A DNA stretch of 64,000 nt. Origin: Octopus vulgaris. Lineage: Eukaryota. Shown in pieces: positions 12,590-25,038 of the stretch (within the stretch, counting starts at the first letter, position 1; each line of letters starts with the position of its first letter). The stretch covers positions 168,702,001 through 168,766,000 of the forward strand of contig OX597816.1 in NCBI GenBank assembly GCA_951406725.2. Reading direction: 5' to 3'. The position numbers and the translations under genes were made by a program. The notes beneath the pieces are model-generated. The model saw nothing but the letters and a program-made list of their open reading frames with translations. It did no database searches and was not told the DNA's origin.

Positions 12590-12990
12590 TCGTTATATTT
12601 ACTTAATTTGTCAAATTCCTTTACAGATATATTTTTATCAGTGGGAACACTTACATCTATTAGTCTACAAGTATTTTCTTTCCTGTCTTTAATAATTATG
12701 TCTGGTCGATTATCTTGGATTGCTCTGTCGGTGTTGACTGGAAAATCCCAGAGGATCGTGACCAGGATGATGTCCATACCAGTAAGCAGGAGTGCTGATT
12801 TTGTAGAGTTTACATATTTTACAATATAAATACTGTCCTACCCTATCGTGGCGATTTTTGTATTCATTTGGTGTCAACATAGGACGTTCCAAAACGAGAT
12901 GGTTTATCGTTTCATCAAATGACACACAATCTGCATTTAGAGTTTCAGTACCGTTTTGAAGAACGTTAGCCTAATAGTTTCGGATAAGTA
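12590..12990 (-). mobile_element. R4/Dong-like non-LTR retrotransposon fragment (zinc knuckle plus REL endonuclease)
   Basis: ETINHLV...YKNRHDRVGQYL; ILWDFPVNTDRAIQDNRPDIIIKD...LIDVSVP..KLSKYNDL. Confidence 0.8.
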
Positions 12991-13049
12991 TGCTTTGATT
13001 TTGTGCCACCAATATAAATCTTTATTATCATTATTATTATTATTATTAT

Positions 13050-13460
13050 TACTCTCTTTACTCTTTTCAGTCATTTGACTGCGGCCATGCTGGGGCACCG
13101 CCTTTAGTCGAGCAACTCGACCCCGGGACTTATTCTTTGTAAGCCCAGTACTTATTCTATCGGTCTCTTTTGCCGAACCGCTAAGTGACGGGGACGTAAA
13201 CACACCAGCATCGGTTGTCAAGTAATGCTAGGGGGACAAACACAGACACACAAACATACATGCACACACGCATATACATATATATACATATATACGACGG
13301 GTTTCTTTCAGTTTCCGTCTACCAAATCCACTCACAGGGCTTTGGTTGGCCCGAGGCTATAGTAGAAGACACTTGCCCAAGGTGCCACGCAGTGGGACTG
13401 AACCCGGAACCATGCGGCTGGTAAACAAGCTACTTACCACACAGCCACTCCTGCGCCTAT
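13050..13460 (-). mobile_element. SINE family A (tRNA head, CORE-like domain, internal TA/TG tract, stem-loop tail)
   Basis: Near-identical to more than 10 other copies in the window. Confidence 0.9.
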
Positions 13461-13483
13461 TATTATTATTATTATTATTATTA

Positions 13484-13695
13484 AAGCGGTGAGTTGAAAG
13501 AATTGTTAGCACATCCGGCAAAATGCTTAGTGGCATTTCATATCTTTATGTTCTGAGTTCAAATTCAGCCAAGGTCAACATGGCGCTTCATCATGTTGGG
13601 ATCGATAAAATAAGTACTTGTTGAGCACTGGGAATGATATAATCAACTTACCCATTCCCTTGTACTTGCTGGCCTTGTGTCAAAACTTGAAAATA
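13484..13695 (+). mobile_element. SINE family B (Meta/MESC-like core), degenerate
   Basis: GAGTTCAAATT B-box plus TCATC..GGGATCGATAAAATAAGTAC core. Confidence 0.75.
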
Positions 13696-13717
13696 TTATT
13701 ATTATTATTATTATTAT

Positions 13718-14280
13718 TGAGTGAGAGAGCAGTGCATGCCATCAAAGTGACACTGGGGTACAAATATATGAAGCCCAGTATACCCATCCTGACTACCCCT
13801 CTGATAAAGGTACACCAGGCACATGCATCACAACCATATGTGCGCGACATGGTGATCTCATATCAAGATAAACAGTGCATGGTCTTGCAGGTGTGGTCCA
13901 GCTAGAATTTTCTTCTGGTCGAGTAGCCCATCCTGCTCAAAAGGCCCCTGCGTAAGGGTTGTTTAAGGATGTTGAACAAAACACCCTTGTTTCCAGATGT
14001 CAATTATTCAAACCCCAAAGAATCCCTCTCAACATATGGCTATGATGTTCCCCCACTACTTCTGCTCGTGACCAGAGATGCACATATCGTCAGCCACTAA
14101 GGGACATGCTCAACTGGTTAAGATCAAACAACTGACAAGCAAATCTGTGGTATTGAGCAGAATATTTGCTGTAGCCCATCTTTTGTAGCAAGACAAAACA
14201 ATGTACATGATAACACTTCCAATCAGTTAACATCAGAAGCCATGAGAGCCACTGCCTGGTACTGCATCAGGGCATTTATT
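13718..14280 (-). mobile_element. Non-coding retroposon inserted in (TAA)n
   Basis: Flanked by TAT/TAA tracts; second partial copy at 62395-62665 (+). Confidence 0.7.
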
Positions 14281-14398
14281 ATCCTTATTATTATGTTTTC
14301 CAGCTCTTTGTCACTCATTCATACATAACCAGACTTTCAAAATATCATTCAAACCAATAAAATATTTATTGCATTAACATCGTGCTCTTCATATTGAC

Positions 14399-14430
<32 letters not shown>

Positions 14431-14667
14431 TAGCTGGACCCGTGAAAAATTCACGGAAAACACAAAAACATGTAAGCATCTGTAAACAGCGTGATGGTGC
14501 CATGAGAAATGTTTGTATATTATGACCGTCAGTCTTTACGTTCTGAGTTCAAATTCTACCAAGGTTGACTTTTGGGGTTGATAAATTCCGTCCTTTTGGG
14601 GGGGTCGATAAATTAAGTACCAGTTGTGTACTGGGGTCGATCTAATCAACTGGCCTCCTCCCTACAA

Positions 14668-14880
14668 ACATTTCTGGAAGAGACCTTGTGGTAGGCTCCA
14701 CACCAGATGGCTGGATGTAATTGGGGGAGGTCAACATCACCTTGGAGGATGCAGAGAGGCTGGCACAGGACCACCAGCAATGAAGAGCACTGGTGGACCT
14801 GGTCGGCTCTATGCATGATAACATCTCTGGGACCACTAACCCGGGATGACCCCAACCCCATCAAGCAAGCAAGCAGCAAG
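14668..14880 (+). mobile_element. RTE-type LINE 3' fragment
   Basis: WKRPCGRLHTRWLDV motif; (GCAA)n tail. Confidence 0.6.
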
Positions 14881-15278
14881 TAAAGATAATAGCAAATTTT
14901 TCTCAAAGAAAGTAGCTTGTGTTACTGTTTGGCATTGAAATACAAACAGTAAGGGCACTTCAAAACTCAGTAACTTTTCATCCTTTTCATTTAGCCAACT
15001 GAGGGATCTTCCTTAGCCCTTTTATAGAAGTGATAGAGATCCTAGTCCCATGCAAAGATCTACTGAAATTTCTACAACATACAATAGGTGACCCTAGTCT
15101 CTCATCCAGCCACTGTGTATGGAGTAGTAACCCCACATGCTAAGTTTCTGTTTATTTTTCATCTCTTGATTAGTACTACGATCTTCTCTAAAAAAAAAAA
15201 TACTTCATATTTCTCCAGAGAAGATAACCAATTATTTTTTTTATCAGACTTCAGTTTCAGTGAATATTATTTATTATA

Positions 15279-15422
15279 CATCATCATCATCATCATCATC
15301 ATTTAGCGTCCGCTTTCCATGCTAGCATGGGTTGGACAGTTCAACTGGGGTCTGTGAAGCGAGAAGGCTACACCAGGCCCAGTCTGATCTGGCAGTGTTT
15401 CTACGGCTGGATGCCCTTCCTA
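15279..15422 (-). mobile_element. 3' tip of RTE LINE UTR (family D) with (GAT)n tail
   Basis: Matches the 3' end of 45062-46117. Confidence 0.8.
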
Positions 15423-15619
15423 AGTGGAGTTTTGTGTCCCAAGAAGGAAAGGTATGTAGGCCACAGGTTATGTTCTCACTAGTCTTACAAAAGACAAATA
15501 ATCCCCTAAAACTGAAGTGATTGACTTTGATACCATACTGTGCATGTGTGAATATGTACATGTGTGTATATGCATGCATGTATGTACATACATACTAAAC
15601 CATCTTTGATATTTATATG

Positions 15620-16235
15620 TAAAGTGTCAGGTTCTCACCACTCTCCTTCTATGGCTTGGAGACCTGGGTCACCTACCAGTCACATCCGTCTCATCCACCA
15701 GCGATGTTTCCGCACCATCTTCAACATTCACTGGAGTGACTTCGTCACAAACATTGAAGTTTTGGAGCAGGCCAAGATCCCCAGCATTCAAGCCATGCTA
15801 CTGAAGTACTACCTCCAATGGGCAGGGCATGTCTCCAGAATGGAGAACCCTTGAGTTCCTAAGATTGCTCTGTTTGGTGAACTCTCCACCAGCCACTGTG
15901 AGAGAGGAGCCTCAAGGAAATGCTACAAAGACTGCCTCAAAATGTCTTTCACTGCATGTCATGTTGACCACCAATGCTCCAGCACCAATGCCTGGTGCCA
16001 CACGATCTTCAATGTGGTCAATGAGTTTGAAGAACACAGAAGAGATGTGCATAAAGACAAAAGATGCAGGAGGAAGGCCCGAGCTGCCTCTGACACCACA
16101 CCGGATGATACCTTCATCTGTGGACACTGTTCACGGACCTGCCTTTCCCGAGTCGGACTTGTCAGTCATGAGCGTGCATGCACGCAACATGGACAGCCTT
16201 CCTAATCTTCGCTCTCAAAGCCAAGCCATGATGAT
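15620..16235 (+). mobile_element. RTE-type LINE C-terminal fragment with a C2H2-like finger
   Basis: YGLETW, LQWAGHVSRM, FICGHCSRTCLSRVGLVSHERAC. Confidence 0.85.
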
Positions 16236-16257
16236 CTTCAATATGTATATATATATA

Positions 16258-16445
16258 AAGGGGGTGAGATGGCAGAAACATTAGCACGCCAGATGAAATG
16301 CTTAGCAGTATTTCATCTGTCTTTGTTCTGAGTTCAAATTCTGCTGAGGCCGACTTTGTCTTTAATCGTTTCAGGATTGATAAATATAAATACCAGTTGT
16401 GTACTGGGGTCGATCTAATCAACTGGCCCTCTACCCCAGACTAGA
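16258..16445 (+). mobile_element. SINE family B
   Basis: Similarity to 22105-22330. Confidence 0.8.
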
Positions 16446-16478
16446 AATTAATATATATTTTGACATTTTTTTTTTATC

Positions 16479-16644
16479 ATAGGCGCAGGAGTGGCTGTGT
16501 GGTAAGTAGCTTTCTTACCAACCACATGGTTCCGGGTTCAGTTCCACTGCGTGGCATCTTGGGCAAGTGTCTTCTACTATAGCCTTGGGCCAACCAAAGC
16601 CTTGTGAGTGGATTTGGTAGATGGAAACTCAATGAAGTTCATCG

Positions 16645-16683
<39 letters not shown>

Positions 16684-16864
16684 ATGTTTGTGTGTCTGTG
16701 TTTGTCCCCCTAGCATTGCTTGACAACCGATGCTGGTGTGTTTACGTCCCCATCACTTAGAGACCGATAGAATAAGAACTGGGCTTACAAAGAATAAGTC
16801 CTGGGATCGATTTCCTTGACTAAAGGCGGTGCTCCAGCATGGCTGCAGTCAAATGACTGAAACA
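16479..16864 (+). mobile_element. SINE family A; an inverted 3' fragment follows at 16961-17069
   Basis: Family similarity. Confidence 0.88.
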
Positions 16865-17869
16865 TTACAATTATTAAACTTTTTATCCAATTAGATATCA
16901 TTTTTAAGAAAAACATTTTAAAAATAATATCTGTTCGATATCAAAATACAGACACTTATATACTCTTTTACTTGTTTCAGTCAATTGACTGCGGCCATGC
17001 TGGAGCACCACCTTTAGTCAAGAAAAATTGACCCCAGAACTTATTCTTTGTAAGCCTAGTACTTATTCTATAGAAAATTCACAAAAAAGTCACTTCTATT
17101 GATTTTTTAAGGGCTTTGTGAGGTGACTGGAGAAATGTAAAGATGTGCACGACCACCCTTGGACGGTTTTGAGTAACCATAGAAAGTGCGAGCCCTCTAT
17201 CTGAAAAATTGTGGATTTGTATAAAGGACACACACACAGACATTTTGCCATTTATATATATAGAGATATTCTGCAACATTGTCTTCTCACTAAACTGATC
17301 TGAAAAAGTATTAGCACTGTCTTTTCCCTCCTCTCTCCCCAAATCTCTCTTTCCGTATCACTCCACCGCTTCTTTCAGCTTCTCATCTGCATTTATGTAA
17401 CTAAGCTGACAAAGCCACTTAAAGTCTCTCTAAAGAAAGACAAGAGTCTGAATTGTTGAGTAACCAACTCACTGAAATGTCCCTTCAATGAATTTTTAAG
17501 GATTAAATTTTCCCAGTGCAGGCAACCACCAATTTCCTCAGACTCCTGATTTTATTCTACTTGATTCATGATAATTTGGCACATATAACAATTTCTAACA
17601 TTATTACAACACAGTTTAACATTTTGGAGGAAGGAATGTAAATAATGAGTTTAACCCAAATACTTAACTTGATCATTTTTATCATCAGGGCAATAAAAGG
17701 TCAAGTCAACCTCGGCAGGAATTGAGCTCAGAATATAAAAAGTAAAATATCAACACTGTAATATTTGCTATCTTTTGGCAAGAACAACTAAGTACAAAGA
17801 TACTTTGTTTTACATCAGAAAAACTTAATAGCTTAACATGTGACAATCTAACAGTTACTAATTAACTTA

Positions 17870-18073
17870 ACAATTTTTTACAACTTGTAAAATAAGAAAA
17901 GAAAAATCAAAAAAAACAAATTAAAATTTTTAATTCATCATCATCATCATCATCATCGTCATGGAGAACGGACGTTAAACGACGATGATGATGATGATGA
18001 TGATGATGAATTAAAAATTTTAATTTGTTTTTTTGATTTTTCTTTTCTTATTTTACAAGTTGTAAAAAGTTGT
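17870..18073. repeat. Near-perfect inverted repeat (~90-bp arms, 20-nt loop)
   Basis: Arms ACAA(T/C)TTTTTACAACTTGTAAAATAAG...(CAT)n CGTC; the loop ATGGAGAACGGACGTTAAAC is the tip of the RTE family D tail. Confidence 0.9.
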
Positions 18074-18334
18074 CATATATGGCCAATATTAATGCATCCC
18101 TTAAAATTACAATTTGATTTGATTTGTAACAATTTTCTTGATAAATTTGAAAGTTTGGTATTTCCTTTAATTAGATTTTCTGTAATCAGATGGCAAATTA
18201 TTAATTGTAGGAATAAGGCAAATTAGCAAACAGTTTTTGGGGTTTTCTATCAGAATAGTTTTAATCAAAGAAAAAATAACATTAATGTCTTTAAAAATAA
18301 TTATCATTGAAATACAAATTTTTGTCACTACTTT

Positions 18335-18340
18335 TTTATT
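18335..18340 (-). terminator. Candidate proximal polyadenylation signal (AATAAA) of ALDH5A1
   Basis: First AATAAA I found on the minus strand after the stop codon (~560 nt downstream); another lies at 17551-17556. Confidence 0.4.
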
Positions 18341-18900
18341 GCTAGACATATAACAATAGAAAAGGATATTGACCATTCAAATAAAATCTAAATCTACCCT
18401 GAAAAAGTTTCATAAGAAACAAAATAGAAGATATAACAACAAATTAGTGCTTCTGTCCCATCAACACAACTGGACAGGTTCATATGTCTCAGTAAAGCAA
18501 TAGTTAATAAAATCATCACAGAAATTTCAGTATCATTAGTCAGTACACTTATTTTCACATAAACATAGAATAAACAAAAAGGATATGAATTATAAATCAT
18601 AGGTATTTCAAGATTCAAAATTCATCTATGTGTTTCATTTCAGAAAATATAATTGTATAGATTGCTAGCAATGAACATTGTTCTATGAAATTCAGTTTAG
18701 CTAAGAAAATATGTATTATGCCCAATTTTGTTGAATGGTTAATGTTAGAATGGGCATCAGATTTCACAACCACTTGCTCCAACAATTCCTGTGAATCAGA
18801 ATCAATCAAGAGCTATCCAATTCCTATTCAATGGATAAAAATTAAAATATTTCACTTGTAAATCTATTTTCGACATTTTTTATAATATAAATCTTTTCAT

Positions 18901-19106
18901 TTAAAGCCCTCCCATACACACATATTTTATTTCTAAAAACTCATCAACACCAAATTTCCCCCCTTCTCGTCCAATACCTGATTCCTTAACTCCTCCAAAT
19001 GGACATTCAGCAGCAGATAACAAACTTTCATTGACACCAACAATCCCAGTCTCTAGCTTTTCAGCAACACGCCAAATTTGAGAAATGTCTGTTGAATAGA
19101 AGTACC
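18901..19106 (-). CDS. ALDH5A1: SSADH terminal coding exon, 206 bp including TAA (exon 10 equivalent)
   Basis: AG acceptor at 19107-19108; (G)[26 protein letters not shown]...[33 protein letters not shown]. Confidence 0.95.
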
Positions 19107-19438
19107 CTGAAAACAGAAAAATGCAAATATGTTAAAAAAAAAATTATTTCACACTTGATATTCATTCACATATACATTTATAAAACATAATTTAGAGAAG
19201 TATTTCTATTTATACAACCAAAGGAGGAAAAGGAAAATTCAATGTCCTTTACAAACCTCCCTCCTTAAATGAGGTTAACATAATAAGTGTTCTGCATGAA
19301 CTTCTGGTGTTTGATGCCAATGAAAAAAACATGAGCGGAGAGCTTATTTCAGAAGGCATGAATTCTTGGTAAAAAGGATTAGACAAAGTTGCCTGTCAGT
19401 GTTCAGGGAAGAGACAAAGTGAAGATATGAAGCATAGG

Positions 19439-19782
19439 TCTGAGAACCCCCCCTTTGGTCATGACACAGACCATGGGATTGCACCTAGAGAGTTACCCTC
19501 CCAAGCACAAGTCCAGGCAAGTTTGTTTATGGAAGACAAGCAGTCGCCCATGCATACTGGCCTCTTCTCTCCACACCACCAGTGTTATCCAAGGGAAAGG
19601 TAGCGGCCGATACAGCTTGGCACCTGTGACATCGCAACTCATTTCTACAGCTGAGCGAACTGGAACTACGGGAAATAAAGTGTCTTGCTCAAGAACACAA
19701 CACGTAGCCCAGTCCAAGATTCGAGCTCACAACCTCATGATCGTAAGCTCGATGCTCTAACCACTGAGCCATGCACCTCCAC
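19439..19782 (-). mobile_element. tRNA-derived CORE-type SINE (family E)
   Basis: TGGCTCAGTGGTTAGAGC head, TTCTTGAGCAAGACACTT core; AGCATAGG flanking duplication. Confidence 0.8.
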
Positions 19783-20789
19783 TTAGCATAGGATAGATTT
19801 GTATAGGTGATGCAGCCGGTTATTTGAAAGGAACTGAAGCAATTATAGTATGGCTTGCAGTGAACTGTTGAATGAATTCTTGTTAATCAACTGTTGTCAA
19901 GGGTATTTCTGTGAATAACAACAGCACCATCCAGATATATGATCGGCATATTAATGTGAGTCACACCTGTATTATACAGGGGCCTACAATTAAGCAAGGC
20001 TGAAATATTTTCTGACTTTAGAAGCTTAGAAATGCAACTTTAACAATGTTATATTTGGATTGTTGCCATTAGAGATAAGAAATCATGATATATAGCATCG
20101 TTATTTGAAAAGTTTGAAAAGGTTTTAGTTATGAGTTGTTCATGAAAGGAAAATTCATTGACAGTGTTTTTGTACAGTTTAAAGCAGTCATGGTCAAGCT
20201 ATGGTCCACAAGGCTATCTGAGAGAAAATAACCTTCAGGTTTTTAATAGTGAATGATGAGCCATGTCTCATGCAGCTCATCTTTTTATAAATGTTGCCTA
20301 TACCTGGTTTAAAGAAACAAAATAGAGGAAGTTTTTCAAGGTGTGAGGTGAGATATCTAAATTCTACATAGACAATATTCGATGGGAAAATAAGTAGCAA
20401 TAAAACTTTTGGAAGAATCGGGTTGACAGGTAATATCCAGAAAACTACTCCATCTTTCCTCCACTCCTCTTTCTCAATACAACAGCAACAAATAGCCACA
20501 TTCAAGGCAACATCATTTCTAGTGATTGCATGTTGGATGGGGAAATTATTCAAAATTTCTCAGGGATGCCTCTGCATCCTTTAGAAGGCTCAGAAACAAA
20601 CTTCTGAAGTAAACATCACAACCTCCAAACCAAGGTTCTTGTCTGCTGGGCAGATTCTTTTCTTTCTTTGTAATCTCCTGTGTAGATGCAAGACACGGAT
20701 CACATACAACTAGCACATTAAAATCCCCTAAGTCTTTATTTAATGGGGTTTTTTTTCTGCTCTATCCCCCACCCTCATTGCATAAGGTC

Positions 20790-21186
20790 TCTTTTACTCT
20801 TTTACTTGTTTCAGTCATTTGACTGCGGCCATGCTGGAGCACCGCCTTTAGTTGAGCAATTCGACCCCAGGACTTATTCTTTGTAAGCCCAGTACTTATT
20901 CTATCGGTCTCTTTTGCTGAACCGCTAAGTGACGGGGACGTAAACACACCAGCATCGGTTGTCAAGCAATATTAGGGCAACAAACACAAACACACACACA
21001 CATATATATATATACATATCTATGACAGGCTTCTTTCAGTTTCCATCTACCAAATCCACTCACAAGGCTTTGGTCGGCCCGGGGCTATAGCAGAAGACAC
21101 TTGCCTAAGATGCCACGCAGTGGGACTGAACCCGGAACCATGTGGTTGGTTAGCAAGCTACTTACCACACAGCCACTCCTGCGCCT
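20790..21186 (-). mobile_element. SINE family A
   Basis: Family similarity. Confidence 0.9.
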
Positions 21187-21659
21187 TGTTTATATCCTTT
21201 TTGCTGTTGTTAATCAAGGAATTTATCCATGGTATTTATGACTTCTTGTATTAAACAACTCTGTATGAACTAGTCTGTGAGGTCATTGTAGTCTCTGAAA
21301 TAACTGAATTTGCTTGGGGGTCATAGTTCTGTTCTCTCTCTTCTTGTTCTCTAATACTTTCATGTTGATCGCTATAAGCATCATCTGCATGTGGACTGAA
21401 TGTACTAGGAGCTCCCCACAGTTTGTATGTTATCACTGGTTTTATTGATTCTTGGTTGAATTGTTTCATCTGTAGATGTCGACAAACTTGACATGATAAA
21501 ATAGCGAGATAGCTTTTGACGAGTTTGCATTTTTAGTATCCACTAAAGTACTTTCATGAACTCATTATTTTACCTCTTGAGTCTTAAACTCTGCTAAAAA
21601 CAGAAAAAAATTTCTCAACAGGGCTTGATTAAGGTGAGGTGAATAGGCACAGGAGTGAC

Positions 21660-22060
21660 ATAGGCGCAGGAGTGGCTGTATGGTAAGTAGCTTGCTAATC
21701 AACCACATGGTTCCGGGTTCAGTCCCACTGCGTGGCATCTTGGGCAAGTGTCTTCTACTATAGCCCCGGGCCAACCAATGCCTTGTGAGTGGATTTAGTA
21801 GGCGGAAACTGAAAGAAGCCTGTCGTATATATGTATATATGTGTGTGTATGTGTTTGTGTGTCTGTGTTTGTCCCCCTAGCATTGCTTGACAACCGATGC
21901 TGGTGTATTTACGTCCCTGTCACTTAGCGGTTCAGCAAAAGAGACCGATAGAATAAGTACTGTGCTTACAAAGAATAAGTCCCGGGGTCGATTTGCTCGA
22001 CTAAAAGCGGTGCTCCAGCATGGCCGCAGTCAAATGACTGAAACAAGTAAAAGAGTAAAG
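21660..22060 (+). mobile_element. SINE family A
   Basis: Family similarity; inverted relative to 20790-21186. Confidence 0.9.
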
Positions 22061-22104
22061 ATTGAAAAACATGAAGATTAGGGATATTGTAGTCTCCAAG
22101 CCAA

Positions 22105-22330
22105 GGAGCTGGTAGAAACGTTAGCACGCCGGGCGAAATTCATAGCAGTATTTCGTCTGTCGATACGTTCCGAGTTCAAATTCCGCCAAGGTCGACTTTG
22201 CCTTTCATCCTTTCGGGGTCGATAAATTAAGTACCAGTTACGCACTGGGGTCGATATATTCGACTTAATCCCTTTGTCTGTCCTTGTTTGTCCCCTCTAT
22301 GTTTAGCCCGTTGTGGGTAGTAAAGAAATA
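22105..22330 (+). mobile_element. SINE family B (Meta/MESC-like core)
   Basis: GCCTTTCATCCTTTCGGGGTCGATAAATTAAGTACC core. Confidence 0.88.
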
Positions 22331-22995
22331 TATTCCCACAAATATATAATAAGAAAATATATATTAGCAATGGAGGCAGTATTAATACCAAGAGATAATG
22401 TGTATTTCCACTTAAAAACGGATGTTCTGTTGGAACAAACTATACTGTGGTAGATACCATGAGAGAAACTCTCATATTGGCTATTGGTGCAAAATGTACT
22501 CTTGAATTTTGTTGTAGTAACTAGTTTGTAAAAGTTGCTTTGTGTAGGCTGTTTAAATAAAAAAAAACATTAGACAAGCTGCTTATGTATTTAGTACAGC
22601 AAGACAACAGGGTAACAGAATTTGCTTGACGGCTGAAAATTCATTTACTGCCTCCGGAGCCTTTTACCAATGCCAGCACTAACCACCATGGAAGCTCTGT
22701 TGAAGGATTACAGATCCGAAAAGTGCCCACACATATTAAGTTATACTTAAGCCAGAACCAGCAACAAAGCTATACACAGACCACACACCACCAGAAGGTA
22801 CCATCCATGTATCTATCTATCTACCCATCTATCTCTCTCTCTATTTCACCATCCATCTATCCTTCTATCTGTCTATCTATGTATCTATCTATCCATCTCT
22901 CTCTCTCTCTCTCTGCCAGTCTATCTCTCCATATATCTATCTATCCTTCTATCTGTCCGTCTATCTGTATATTTATCCACCCATCTATCTATCTA

Positions 22996-24277
22996 TTAGG
23001 TTGTCAAGAAAGGTTCTTGCAGAATTTTTAATTTTGGATTTAAATTAGGCATTTTCAAATTAATTTTCATCAAATTACTTTGACTTTATATATCATTTTA
23101 AAGCCCATTTTTTGCTCTATCTAATTATGTTACTCTTTTTCTTTTTGAATAATTAAGCCATTTTTTCTGGAATGTTGAATACAACATGAACAAAAAGCAA
23201 ATTCGGACAATTTTCTTATTCCAGTTCAAGCTAGGCCGAAAAGCTGCTGAAACAGTTCATGATATCAACGATGCATTTGGCCCGGAACCACTAATGAATG
23301 TACAGCACAATGGTGGTTCAAGAAATTTCGTAGTGGTGACAAGAATCTTGAAGATGATAAGAGTAGTGGTCGGCCATCAGATGTTGACAATGATAACTAA
23401 GAGCCTTAGTCAAAGCCAATCCACACACAACTGTTCAAGAGCTTGCTTCTGAATTAGATATAACATATATGACAATTTCCAACCACTTGAAAGAGATTGG
23501 AAAAACAAAAATACTTGAGAAATGGGTGCCACACAAATTGAACGACGACCAAAAAAAGCGCTGCTTTGAAGTGTCGTCTTCCCTTCTTTTATGCAACAAG
23601 AACGACCCATTTCTCAACTGTATTGTGACTTGTGATGAAAAGTGGATTCTTTACAACAACCAGTGATGCTCAGCTCAGTAGTTGGATGCAGACGAAGCTC
23701 CACAGCACTTCCCAAAGCCAAAGTTGCACCAAAAGAAGGTCATGGTGACTGTTTGGTGGTCTGCAGCCAGTCTCATCCATCAACGCTTTTTGGATCCAGA
23801 CAAAACCATTACAGCGGAGAAGTACTGTCAGAAAATGGATGAAATGTATAAGAAACTCCGACAAAAGCCAGCATTTGTCAATAGAAAAGGACCAATTCTT
23901 CTCCACAGCAACTCTTGACCACACGTCAATCAACTGACCCTGCAGAAGTTGAACGAATTGGGTTATGAAACTCTGCCTCATCTGCCATACTCACCAAACC
24001 TCTCGCCTACTGACCACCACTTTTTCAAGCATCTCGACAACTTTCTGCATGAGAAATGCTTCAAAAACCAAGACAATGCCAAACATACCTTCAACAACTT
24101 CATGGCCACCAGAATGCAGGATTTTTATGCTACTGGCATAAATAAACTTGTTTCGTGTTGGCAAAAGTGTGTTGATTCTAATTGAGTTTATTTTGATTAA
24201 TAAAGTTTTGTTTGAACTGAGACATGTGCATCTGAATTTAAAGGTTAAAAACCTCAAGAACTTTCTTGACAACCTAA
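22996..24277 (+). mobile_element. Full-length but disrupted mariner (Hsmar1/cecropia-like)
   Basis: TIR TTAGGTTGTCAAGAAAG, TA TSD inside a (TATC)n tract, 1282 bp; WVPHKL, VTCDEKW and YSPNLSPTD motifs; frameshifts and stops. Confidence 0.93.
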
Positions 24278-24816
24278 TATCTATCTATCTATCTATCTAT
24301 TTATCCATCTATCTCTCATAAAACTGTTAGACTCTGGCAATTTCTGTATCACCCCAAGGGAGTTTTGAAATATTTTAAAACGTTTGAACTTTCAAAAAAT
24401 TCAAAGAAAAAAAAAATCCTTCTGGAATTTTAAATGAGGATTCCAAGAGTCTCCCCACAGTAAATGTACTCTATTAAAACTTCACCTTCTCACACTGCTT
24501 CAGCTTCTCATCTTTTCCTTTTTCCAGTTTTTTCTAGTTTACCATTTTCCATTTTTAGCTTTTCATTTCCTCATTGCTAATTGCTAATCCCTCAATTGTC
24601 CCTTTCTTCTACCTGCTCATTCCCACTTCTCTTAACTCCTCTTAGCTAAGAGTCCCCTGCTTCTTTCTGACACTTCACTTTACTCTCCACGCCCTTCAAG
24701 CCTCTCCTAGTAACAGCATTATCCTGTTGTCTCTCTGTACTAGACCACAACTATGTTACCTGAGATATGCCAACACATTATCCATGTTTCTGTACTTGTT
24801 ACATTTCAAACATTAA

Positions 24817-25038
24817 CCCTTTTGATACCAACCCGGCCAAAACCGCCTCTGGCTCTCTAGTATAAATGTCTTGTTTTCGCAAGTTTTGAATTAAAATCTT
24901 CCACCAAACCTTAGTCTCAATTTATGTTCCTAACACTAGCTTAATGATAACTAAGTTATTTTACTAAATTCTTAGTTATATTTAAAATCAATTGAAAGAA
25001 ACACAGAGCATCTCAACAGGAATATGGTAACAAAAGGG
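24817..25038. mobile_element. piggyBac-type MITE
   Basis: TTAA TSD; CCCTTTTG(A/T)TACCA TIRs; second copy at 35210-35429. Confidence 0.85.

Noticed and set aside
12937-13221. Recurrent MTTDAGVFTSP... ORFs as a small gene family
   Set aside because: All lie inside family A SINE copies, start at non-ATG codons and have variable ends.
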